Shown piece by piece: positions 1 through 8,447 of a stretch of 54,183 nucleotides of DNA (its first letter is position 1; each line of letters starts with the position of its first letter). Origin of the DNA: an uncultured Clostridia bacterium (lineage in GTDB: Bacteria > Bacillota > Clostridia > Christensenellales > CAG-138); the NCBI GenBank assembly GCA_947166925.1, contig CAMVGD010000006.1, positions 1 to 54,183 of the forward strand, read 5' to 3'. A model generated the notes under the pieces. That model worked only from the letters and a program-made list of their open reading frames with translations. It had not been told where the DNA came from and ran no database searches. Made by a program: the position numbers and the translations under genes.

Positions 1-1562
1 TACATCAGCTCGTCCGGCAGATTGAACATCTGCTTGATCAGCTCCGGGTTCAGAAGCAGCCCGTAGAGCGAGAAGCCGAACGCCGCGACCACGCCCGCGC
101 TTTTGCCGCGCAGCAATTTGAACAGAAGCATGAGCAGCGCAAGCACGAGCGTGTACAGCAGCATCAGGAGGAAAATCGTCTCGGCGCATTGGTACGGACG
201 CGACATTTCAAGCGTCTTGACAAGGGCGGGCAGCGCGACCGCCTTGCCCGCGCCGGAATAGCCGAGGATCGCCGCCGTCTCCGACCACATATTGCCGATA
301 AAACTGTTCTGCATGCAGATCAGCGTCGTTGCGATCAGAATGAACACCATATAGATGAGCGTCGCAAGGACGAGATACACAAGCTGTCCCCACGCCCATG
401 TCGACCGCTTCATGCGCACCAGATAATACGGTACGCCTGCGCCGAGGAACGGGATATCTGCAAAGAGCAGGACCAAGAGCAGAGAGATCAAAAGCACGGA
501 GTTTGCGTCGCCGAAGGTCCAGACGAACGGCTCGAACGCCTGCATCGCCGTGTTCATGTCGTAGGCGAAGCTCGCCGCCTTGTCCGAGAGCAAAAAGCAC
601 AGAATGAACGCGAGCGCGAACGTCAGTACGATGCGAACGTTGCCGCGCCACATGCGGAAGTTATAGCGCACGACCGCCCAAATCTGTGAAAGCGAATAGA
701 GCACGCGGTTTTCCTTCCGCACGCAGACCGGCTTGACGCGCTCGATGCGGCGGCTCAGCAGCTTTTGCGAAAAATCCTGCGCCGCGTAGTGTTTCTTCTG
801 CCGCTTGTCGTCGCGAAGCTCCGTCTGCGAGGTCATGTAAAACACAAGCTGCAAAATGAGCACGAGCATCAATAGCGTCAGCGCCGCGCTCTTGCCCTCC
901 AGCGGCCACGCGCCCTGCATCGTCAGATAGTTTTTCGGGTTCAGCATGAAGGTCGTGCGGAAGTAGCGCTCCTGCAAAATGATGAGCACATAATAGAAGA
1001 TGAACGGCGCGGCATATGCAAGGTACACGTTTTGCGTGAGCGACGAGCAAAGAAGCCCGACGCTTGCCCACATCGCGCCGGAAAAGAAGAACAGGAATAG
1101 GCGGAGGATGATATCGGGGATCTTCGATTCGACTGCGTACTCGCCATAAACCTCGATCGGCGAGAACACGAGCGCGAAGATGCCGAGCGCCGTGAGGATG
1201 CCGAGCACGAGCGCAAGCCCGCCGGAGACCGCCGCGCCGATGCCCTTGCCGAGGATGTAGCGCTGCACGGTCGTGCGGGTGAGATACGGTTTCAGGTAAC
1301 CGGATTTCACGTCGTCGGTAAATGCGGTCGTATAGGGGATGGCCGCGAGGATCGGCACGGCGAACAGGATGATGTCGCTCGATAGTGCGTTCAACAAAAG
1401 TTCACGGTGATAGCCATACAGTACATGGACTTTCTCCATGCGAAACACGGAAAGCGCGTCCGAAAACGCGCCGATGATTAGGCACAGCACCATGCCGCCA
1501 TACGCGATCAGAAACGGCCTTGAAAAGACCGCCCGTTTGATGTCACCTATAATCTGAATCAA
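1..1562 (-). CDS. Fused double ABC-2-type permease (partial, runs off left edge)
   Basis: Read by hand: TTG at 1562 after GAAAGGA, open frame MIQIIGDIKRAVFSRPFL...DDVKSGYLKPYLTRTT...QKLLSRRIERVKPVCVRKENRVLYSLSQIW...PYYLVRMKRSTW...PDELM with no stop to position 1. Two hydrophobic permease-like halves. Absent from the ORF track because it has no stop in the window. Confidence 0.75.
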   Translation of the reverse strand, partial: MIQIIGDIKRAVFSRPFLIAYGGMVLCLIIGAFSDALSVFRMEKVHVLYGYHRELLLNALSSDIILFAVPILAAIPYTTAFTDDVKSGYLKPYLTRTTVQRYILGKGIGAAVSGGLALVLGILTALGIFALVFSPIEVYGEYAVESKIPDIILRLFLFFFSGAMWASVGLLCSSLTQNVYLAYAAPFIFYYVLIILQERYFRTTFMLNPKNYLTMQGAWPLEGKSAALTLLMLVLILQLVFYMTSQTELRDDKRQKKHYAAQDFSQKLLSRRIERVKPVCVRKENRVLYSLSQIWAVVRYNFRMWRGNVRIVLTFALAFILCFLLSDKAASFAYDMNTAMQAFEPFVWTFGDANSVLLISLLLVLLFADIPFLGAGVPYYLVRMKRSTWAWGQLVYLVLATLIYMVFILIATTLICMQNSFIGNMWSETAAILGYSGAGKAVALPALVKTLEMSRPYQCAETIFLLMLLYTLVLALLMLLFKLLRGKSAGVVAAFGFSLYGLLLNPELIKQMFNLPDELM

Positions 1563-1627
1563 TCGCTAATCCTTTCATTTACTAAGTATCATCCGGAAAT
1601 ACTAACGCATATATTATATTTTTTCTC

Positions 1628-3040
1628 CTATTTATGATCGGCGTCTGTCTGGATAAACTCGCCAGTTACCGCATTGATCATAAAATCCGAATACTGCACA
1701 AGCCCGGTTTTTGTCTCCGAGCGAACTGTTACAAGCCATGCAGGAATGCTGCTTCCTATATCCTCTTCATTCTTTGTCCTGATGACACAGTAGCCGAGCG
1801 AAATGTCTGTTACTTCTGCCGCCTTCAATTTGTCAGCCGACCAGGAAAATTCGGAACGCAGCCGACCTTCCAGCACGGTCCATATCTTTTCAAAGGGAAG
1901 AAGTTCAATGTTGTCGTTACGCACCTGCATCAGTTCGGATCGACCCTGCCATTGCACATACCAAATGCCCTGACTGTCTACATACATGGAAATACTCTCT
2001 TGCGGCCACTGTCTGTTATATTGCTGTGCTGGTGTCAAAGAATCATACTGCTGTGCAAAACATGGCATACCATCAATGGATTTTCGATATACAAGGAACC
2101 ATCCTTGCGACAACTCTTCATAGGTATATCCGTTCAAATGTACAGCTTTCTGCGTTTCCGCAGGAGAAAGCACCATGTCCGTTGCTCCCAGCGCTTTCAT
2201 GAGTTGCTCTGCCTTCTTCTCCGCTTCTGCACGGGTCAGGGAGACGTTTTGCAGAATTCGACCGGGTCTTGCACCGATATGGTCACCCGCATAAACAAGG
2301 TCTTCCGTCACTATGAATATGTTTGTTTCATTCAGAACGAATCCGTTGCCATCCTCCAAAGGAATGAAGTTAAACCATGATTGCAGTGCTTCATCATAAA
2401 AGTGACAGTAATTCGTTTCTTCCTTTCCCGCAAGAAACGCATCCCAATTATACTGTTCCGTTTCCGGATCATTCTCCGTGAGCTCTATTTCCTCCACAAG
2501 CATTTCCTCAATCGAGGGAAAGCCCTCAGTTCGAAAATCTCGGTTGACGGATTGTGCGTGGGCATCGTCTTTTACAAATGCCAGCATTTTTAACAATTCT
2601 GTTTTTGCCGGCATGTAGGCATTACTGAATACTTGCCCGTTTTCCGCAAAGTATAGACAGACTGAACGCATTTCTTCCTTGCTGAAGGGAAGCTGCCTAA
2701 CTCGATAGACAGGAAATGTCAATGTATCCGGAACCTGAATGAATACATCAATGGAGATATTCGGTGCATTGTCTCCTAAGGGGATCGTTTTATGAATCTC
2801 CTCAGGAATGCCATATTGAGTCTGTATGGATACAAACGACTGCGATCCGTCTGCATTCTCGGCATCGGATGTTCCTATCGGGATCGGTTTTGCAGATGCG
2901 TCTATAATCTTATCCAAACGGTCATCGCTTCGATTGACGATGATCTCTTGATGCGGCGTCGGTTGACAGGATAAAAACAACAAAAAAACGCAAAGCAGTA
3001 AAACCCAAATATAAGAATGTTTAGGGCATCTTTTTTTCAT
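1628..3040 (-). CDS. Lipoprotein, DUF6034-like
   Basis: ATG 3040 after GGAGG; lipobox FLSC-QPTP; paralogous to 3721-5166 (CQPTP..E..VNR.D; N..LLPFE; P.W). Family name is from recall. Confidence 0.7.
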   Translation of the reverse strand: MKKRCPKHSYIWVLLLCVFLLFLSCQPTPHQEIIVNRSDDRLDKIIDASAKPIPIGTSDAENADGSQSFVSIQTQYGIPEEIHKTIPLGDNAPNISIDVFIQVPDTLTFPVYRVRQLPFSKEEMRSVCLYFAENGQVFSNAYMPAKTELLKMLAFVKDDAHAQSVNRDFRTEGFPSIEEMLVEEIELTENDPETEQYNWDAFLAGKEETNYCHFYDEALQSWFNFIPLEDGNGFVLNETNIFIVTEDLVYAGDHIGARPGRILQNVSLTRAEAEKKAEQLMKALGATDMVLSPAETQKAVHLNGYTYEELSQGWFLVYRKSIDGMPCFAQQYDSLTPAQQYNRQWPQESISMYVDSQGIWYVQWQGRSELMQVRNDNIELLPFEKIWTVLEGRLRSEFSWSADKLKAAEVTDISLGYCVIRTKNEEDIGSSIPAWLVTVRSETKTGLVQYSDFMINAVTGEFIQTDADHK

Positions 3041-3070
3041 CACAAACCTCCTACATATATGAAAGAACAT

Positions 3071-3096
3071 AGAAGAATGGCTGAAACCATTCTTCT
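3071..3096 (-). terminator. Stem-loop between secreted-protein gene and lipoprotein gene
   Basis: AGAAGAATGG-ctgaaa-CCATTCTTCT perfect 10-bp stem. Confidence 0.5.
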
Positions 3097-3108
3097 GCTT
3101 TTTCTATG

Positions 3109-3531
3109 TTAACTATGATATGCAGTATATTCTCCTTGAATTGGCATATTGATAATACCATTATCATATGGATTATAAACCGTCAGTCCAATTTTCTTTG
3201 TCGTTTTAGCTGTTGTAAATTGACACGTAGTAGTCGGTTCCATCGATGGGATTTTTGTTTTTACTGTGTGCAGATACACTCCACCAGCGCAAAACTGATA
3301 TTGATACGATGCGGGATGGGATGTCTCAGGCAAAGAACAACTTATGACTGTGTCAACTGCCTTAGTCCAAGTATATGCATACCGAACAGTTTTCTCGAAT
3401 GTATAGTAATGATATAGTGTTCCTGCGCTGTAACTTCTCATATCAATCGGAGCATCGGCATAGGAGACCCCGATTGAACATACCAATATTACTATGCATA
3501 AAATATAGTTGAGAACATATCTTTTTTTCAT
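3109..3531 (-). CDS. Small Sec-secreted protein (140 aa), unknown function
   Basis: Signal peptide MKKRYVLNYILCIVILVCSIGVSYA; AAGGAG RBS; AT-rich. Confidence 0.7.
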   Translation of the reverse strand: MKKRYVLNYILCIVILVCSIGVSYADAPIDMRSYSAGTLYHYYTFEKTVRYAYTWTKAVDTVISCSLPETSHPASYQYQFCAGGVYLHTVKTKIPSMEPTTTCQFTTAKTTKKIGLTVYNPYDNGIINMPIQGEYTAYHS

Positions 3532-3720
3532 TATTATATCTCCTTTTCAATAATAATAGCAATTCTTCTCATTTGTGCTAGATGGTTTGCCTGTTGTACA
3601 ATGTTTCCAAAATGCTAATGAGTACTCATTTCTGACCATAACAGAAAGAAAGTATGGTATTCTTTTGATAAGTTCAGCACCCTTGGCATTATATTACATT
3701 CGACAGGAAGCGATTGCACA

Positions 3721-5166
3721 TTATTCCAAGGTGACCCGGCTGCCGTCGATCGCGCTGACGGCGAGCAGCATCGGCGGGGTCGATTGGCGGTATTTTTCGG
3801 TGAACGGTATCGTGAGGGTATCGAAATCCGGCCAGTAGAAGTCGAATGCCATCAGCCAGATCGGGGCAAGCACCGTTTTTCCGTTGCTCAACCGCTGCGG
3901 AGCGACCGTCAGGATCATCTTTGTCATACAATAATGCGTTGCGGAAAAGCCGTCCACATGCCCGATCCCCGCGAGCAAAAGTCGCCGGACGTCCTTCTGC
4001 ACCTGTTCAAACGGAAGCAGCTGCACGTTTTCGTTCAGACATTCCTCCACGGAATACGGATTCTCCCATAGGAAGAATTGGACGCCGTTCTCGGTCACGT
4101 ATACCTCGATTTGTTCCGTTTTCAGCTTCGCCGAATATGCGGAATCCTCGTCAAACCGAAGGAAGCCGCCGTCGTCAATCGGTGCTGGATGGAAATACGA
4201 CGCATATGAATTCGTGCGCACAAAGTAGACTATGTATCCTTCGTTCAGCACGGACAAATCGATGCCATTGAACATGCGGCAAGGCTCTGAATACGCAGGA
4301 TTCACGCCTTCGATGCCGACCGTCTCAAGAAATGCTTCCGCTTGCTTCACCGCGTTTTCCTGCGAAATCTTCGGACGGTACGTCACGCTTCTGTCTGCAT
4401 CCCACAATTCATTCACTTCCCAATGAAGCGGCTGAATAATGCCGTAAAAATTACGGCTCAGCTCAATTCTGTTTGCATTGTATGATGCCTGTGCTTCGGT
4501 GCCGTCGTTCAGCAACAGAATACCGGTCGGAAGATCCAAATTGACATCGGTATATTCCTTATGCGGCGCGTTTTGCATATTTCTGCGCGCGCTGTCGATC
4601 GCGTTCTGCTGCAGATCCCACGAAACATATTTGACCGTTCCGTCCGAGGAACGCTTTTCCGCACCGCGTACCGACGCCGCAAGCTCTGCTTCGTAATCCT
4701 CATAGGCATAGCCTTGCTGCGTTCGCACCTTGACCGCGTCGGGAATCAGCGCCGAAAAGATCGTGCGATACTGCTCCTTGCTGATCGAATGCTGCTCAAT
4801 GCGGTAAACGGGGAAGGTCGTCTGGTTTGCGGTGATGACGTCCGCGTCGATCTTGATCTTCATGTTGTCGTTGCCGAGCATATCGTCCCAATGCGAAACC
4901 GTCAGAGACTGTCCCTCGCCGTTGACCAGAAATGGCATAAGGGCAGGATCGACCACATTGGTACTTTCGGGTAGCGCGACCGTTTGATTTTCTTCCGGAA
5001 CCGGGGTTGCCTCGATCTGCTCCTCGATCTTGTGATCGCCGCGGTTGACAACGTATTCCTCCTCCGGCGTCGGCTGACAGGCACAGAGCAGAAGAAGAAA
5101 CACAAGAAAAAGAAATCTGGTTTTATAAAGCATAAATAATCCTTTCTGGCGAAGAACCTCTTTCAT
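3721..5166 (-). CDS. Lipoprotein, DUF6034-like (alternative start 5133)
   Basis: Lipobox LCAC-QPTPEEEYVVNRGD; paralog of 1628-3040; both candidate ATGs have an RBS. Confidence 0.7.
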   Translation of the reverse strand: MKEVLRQKGLFMLYKTRFLFLVFLLLLCACQPTPEEEYVVNRGDHKIEEQIEATPVPEENQTVALPESTNVVDPALMPFLVNGEGQSLTVSHWDDMLGNDNMKIKIDADVITANQTTFPVYRIEQHSISKEQYRTIFSALIPDAVKVRTQQGYAYEDYEAELAASVRGAEKRSSDGTVKYVSWDLQQNAIDSARRNMQNAPHKEYTDVNLDLPTGILLLNDGTEAQASYNANRIELSRNFYGIIQPLHWEVNELWDADRSVTYRPKISQENAVKQAEAFLETVGIEGVNPAYSEPCRMFNGIDLSVLNEGYIVYFVRTNSYASYFHPAPIDDGGFLRFDEDSAYSAKLKTEQIEVYVTENGVQFFLWENPYSVEECLNENVQLLPFEQVQKDVRRLLLAGIGHVDGFSATHYCMTKMILTVAPQRLSNGKTVLAPIWLMAFDFYWPDFDTLTIPFTEKYRQSTPPMLLAVSAIDGSRVTLE

Positions 5167-5697
5167 AGTATCATACTCCTTTCGTTGTTTGATTCGATCG
5201 TAAATATAAATAATACTCTTGCATAATCAATTGTTTACAGACGAGGGAATTCGGTTCGCCTGATAAAAGCATATCTTATACCATCATACGCATCCCTCCC
5301 GAATTGACTATTCTCTTTATTTGCAGTATAACAAACCACAAATAAAAAATGTTGTGTTTTGCATGAAACGACATAAAACATGCAGTTTTGGTCAATCATT
5401 TGATTTTAAAAAGGCTATTTTTTGTTTGATAACCGTCGGAATTTGTAGCAATGCTACAATACATATACCTGTTTCAATACAAGTTATAGAGGCACAGCAC
5501 CATGCCTCCGAACGCGATCAGAAACGATCGCCCGAATACTGCTCGTTTGATGTCACCTAATATTTGTTTCATTCATATTTCTGTTTGTATAACTATGCTT
5601 ATTACATGTTCGTAGAGCGGTCTAGTCTTTCCTGCTATATTGGCAACGTTCTGCTACTAATATCGATTCATGGAGATAATGTGGCAACACTCGATAG

Positions 5698-6129
5698 TCA
5701 TATTGTGATTACCTGAGAATACACAGTTGTAGATTCAACATAAGAACCGCTAGAGTCATATACTCGAACATATGCTTTACAGCGATACGTGCCAGATACC
5801 AATCCGGATTTGGTTTTGCTTAAGATGACACCGGTAATACCGTTTCCTGAACTGTTCCAACTTGCAATAGTGTTCCAAGTGTTGCCGTTCTTCTTTTGCA
5901 ATGAAAGCGTTACATATAAATAGTATTCAGAAGAATTCGCGTATGCGGTGGCCTTGCATTTTGCGGTGTTGCTTGATATGTTCAGAGAAGCGGATGCTCG
6001 ACTTAGTCCGATGAATCTTTCCTCGATTAGGGTTCCTGAACTCTCGTGTTGGCTTTCTTCTGCGACAGAAAAAGAAACGGATGAAAATACAAGCAAAAAT
6101 GATAGCAAAAGAATGGTTATTTTTTTCAT
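5698..6129 (-). CDS. Small Sec-secreted beta-rich protein (143 aa)
   Basis: Signal peptide MKKITILLLSFLLVFSSVSFSVA; AGGAGG RBS; two Cys; LQKKNGNTW motif; directly downstream of the anti-sigma gene. Confidence 0.75.
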   Translation of the reverse strand: MKKITILLLSFLLVFSSVSFSVAEESQHESSGTLIEERFIGLSRASASLNISSNTAKCKATAYANSSEYYLYVTLSLQKKNGNTWNTIASWNSSGNGITGVILSKTKSGLVSGTYRCKAYVRVYDSSGSYVESTTVYSQVITI

Positions 6130-6201
6130 ATAAAAACCTCCTGCGTCTTCTATTACCTATATCGACGCAAGAGGCAAAAGCGCAACAGCTATAACAATGA
6201 A

Positions 6202-6876
6202 TTAATGTAAATAATTGGCAATTTTAATTAGTTCCATTTTATCAATATTCCCATCGAGAACAAATATCATTTCATCTGAAGACCAAACGATACTGGTCAT
6301 TTCCTTTTTTGTTACCAGCTCTGCTTGTTCTCCGTTAACAAACACTTGCTCTATGCTATCGGCATTCTCCGAATCAATTTGCAAAACACCTGACGATGGG
6401 ATCACATCAAGTCGGAAGAATTGATCATCTTCATTCATATATACTAACGAATATCCGTTTTCTTCATAGTCTTCTATTTCTATCGAGAACCCATCTGGAA
6501 CATAGCCGAGCGTATAACGCTTTACTTCCGGATTTTGCACCTTTTCATAATCCGAAAGGTGATACTCCGTAAAAGAAGGGAACACCTTCCCGATCAGCTC
6601 TGTAATCCATTTGCGTCCCGCTTCGGTAGTGGAAGGAATCATGACAAGCAGAATGATAACAGAAGCAACAGCGATTGCAACTTTCTTGACTGTAGGCGTA
6701 TACCAATGCCGCTCCTTAGAGGGCTTCTTGTTTTTGATAGCAGCGAAAAAACGGGCGCGCGCTTCCGGTGATGCCTTTTCACACGGTTCCGCGTTATCCG
6801 CATCAATAAGCTCTTGTCCATCTCGCTGTGCCGCAAGAAGTACGGCGGCCTTAAGTTTTTCTTCTTTATTCTTCAT
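6202..6876 (-). CDS. Anti-sigma factor, DUF4367-like
   Basis: One TM helix followed by an extracellular domain with GYVPDGF, IDSEN, VNGEQA, IVW motifs; overlaps the ECF sigma stop. Confidence 0.75.
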   Translation of the reverse strand: MKNKEEKLKAAVLLAAQRDGQELIDADNAEPCEKASPEARARFFAAIKNKKPSKERHWYTPTVKKVAIAVASVIILLVMIPSTTEAGRKWITELIGKVFPSFTEYHLSDYEKVQNPEVKRYTLGYVPDGFSIEIEDYEENGYSLVYMNEDDQFFRLDVIPSSGVLQIDSENADSIEQVFVNGEQAELVTKKEMTSIVWSSDEMIFVLDGNIDKMELIKIANYLH

Positions 6877-7435
6877 CTATTCTGCCTTCACATAACTCAC
6901 AGATTTTTCTTCTTGCCCGCGTCAAGTATTGTCTCACACTTGCTTTCCCGATCCCAAGCTCTTTTGCAATCTCGCCATCTGTCAGGCTTAATATGTATTT
7001 TGCCTCGATTACATATCGGTAATGGTCGGGCAGTTTGCGAATCGCTTCGGACAATTCCCCGACAGACAGGTTCTCAATCGCTTCTTCTTCCGTGTTCGCA
7101 ATTGTGCTCGAAACAGAAACGAAACTATTGTCATCATCAAGACTGCCGGAGAGATGCTTCTTTCGAACATTCTGCTCTTTGAAATAATCATAGCATCGTC
7201 TCTTAATACTTATATCGAGAATATGGCGTAATGTGCAACAGTCCATTTGTCGGAACTTCTGGATATGCTTAACAACGTACAGAAAAACATCCTGTACGAG
7301 ATCCTCCGGGACCTGATTGTTCTGCGTAATCGCAGCAGCTTTTTTGCACAGTCGAACGTAATGTGCGTCAAACAACTGCTCAAGAAAAGCACGATCGTCT
7401 TCTGATTCAATTGTCTGGAGTAACAAAAGAAACAT
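6866..7435 (-). CDS. ECF sigma-70 factor
   Basis: Region 2 EDLVQDVF; region 4 LPDHYRYVIEAKY...EIAKELGIGKASVRQYLTRAR. Confidence 0.9.
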   Translation of the reverse strand: MFLLLLQTIESEDDRAFLEQLFDAHYVRLCKKAAAITQNNQVPEDLVQDVFLYVVKHIQKFRQMDCCTLRHILDISIKRRCYDYFKEQNVRKKHLSGSLDDDNSFVSVSSTIANTEEEAIENLSVGELSEAIRKLPDHYRYVIEAKYILSLTDGEIAKELGIGKASVRQYLTRARRKICELCEGRIDEE

Positions 7436-7462
7436 GGTTTTCGCCTCATTATCGTTATTGTC

Positions 7463-7490
7463 ATTTTACAAGTTTGTTATCGTTTGTCAA
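7463..7490 (-). promoter_or_regulatory. SigA-like promoter of the ECF sigma gene
   Basis: Minus strand TTGACA-N16-TAAAAT. Confidence 0.5.
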
Positions 7491-7598
7491 TGGTGTGGAG
7501 ATAATAACTGTGACTTTTGATCATACCTATCCGTTACTTATAAACACTATAATTTGACAAAATATCCATTGAGAATGCTATTCTTTTTTATTGCGCTC

Positions 7599-8447
7599 TT
7601 AGTTCCCTGCGATCTTCGCCCGCGTGAGCGAGCCGCTGAACGTCTCAAAGATGACAAAGGACTTCGGGATTTTCGGTTTCCATTTCTTCTCGAACGATTC
7701 CGTGCCCCATTGCGTGCTGAAATTGCATACGGGGAACAACACCCATTCCGTATCGGGCTGACGGTTTGCATACAGATAGCATAGCACGGCTTCGGTGACT
7801 TCCCGCATCCGATCGGAGAGCGGCATATCGATTAGCCGCCGCATCAAAGCGGGCGGAAGGACGACCGGTGTGTCGGATAACGGACCAGCATCGAGCGCGG
7901 AGGCAAGCACATCATCGAAGCGCAGCGTCCATGCGCCTTTCGTGTTCGTCTGGAAGATCGGCACCTGAAACTGCCGTACCTTCTGTACCCACCGCGTACC
8001 GAACCCACGGGATAAGCCTTCGATCAGGGTGTGGGTATTCTCATTGAAAAATTCGTTCTCGTCATCACGCACCATTTTCACGATATGCCGGAAATGCCGG
8101 ATCAGCCAACCGTTACCTGCACCGTTCACAAGCTTGGGAAACTCCGTGTGCAGTTCCGGAAAGCACACGCGCGGCTCCTGCTTCGACGACGAGGAGATAC
8201 TGCACCACGCAAGAAGCGAACGGCGTGCATATTCGATCCGCATATAGGGATCGCCGGGCGCGATCGCGCCGGTCTCCGTATGAAACAGGTACCGCCGCGC
8301 GATCAGCGTCAGAATCCGCTGGAAGCCAATTATCTTTTTGAACATGCCGAAATGGAACCCGCTCATATAGCTGTGATCCTGCGGATCGTCGCATTCATAT
8401 TCCGGAAATACCAGATACTGCATACATTCCTGCCATTCGGTCATCAT
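7599..8447 (-). CDS. Hypothetical protein (~282 aa) coupled to the RNA polymerase gene
   Basis: ATG 8447 overlaps the upstream TGA (ATGA), with AAGGAGG RBS; no family recognised. Confidence 0.75.
   Translation of the reverse strand: MMTEWQECMQYLVFPEYECDDPQDHSYMSGFHFGMFKKIIGFQRILTLIARRYLFHTETGAIAPGDPYMRIEYARRSLLAWCSISSSSKQEPRVCFPELHTEFPKLVNGAGNGWLIRHFRHIVKMVRDDENEFFNENTHTLIEGLSRGFGTRWVQKVRQFQVPIFQTNTKGAWTLRFDDVLASALDAGPLSDTPVVLPPALMRRLIDMPLSDRMREVTEAVLCYLYANRQPDTEWVLFPVCNFSTQWGTESFEKKWKPKIPKSFVIFETFSGSLTRAKIAGN

Noticed and set aside
189-1216. ORF-track ORFs at the left edge
   Set aside because: Off-frame or antisense shadows of the fused permease.
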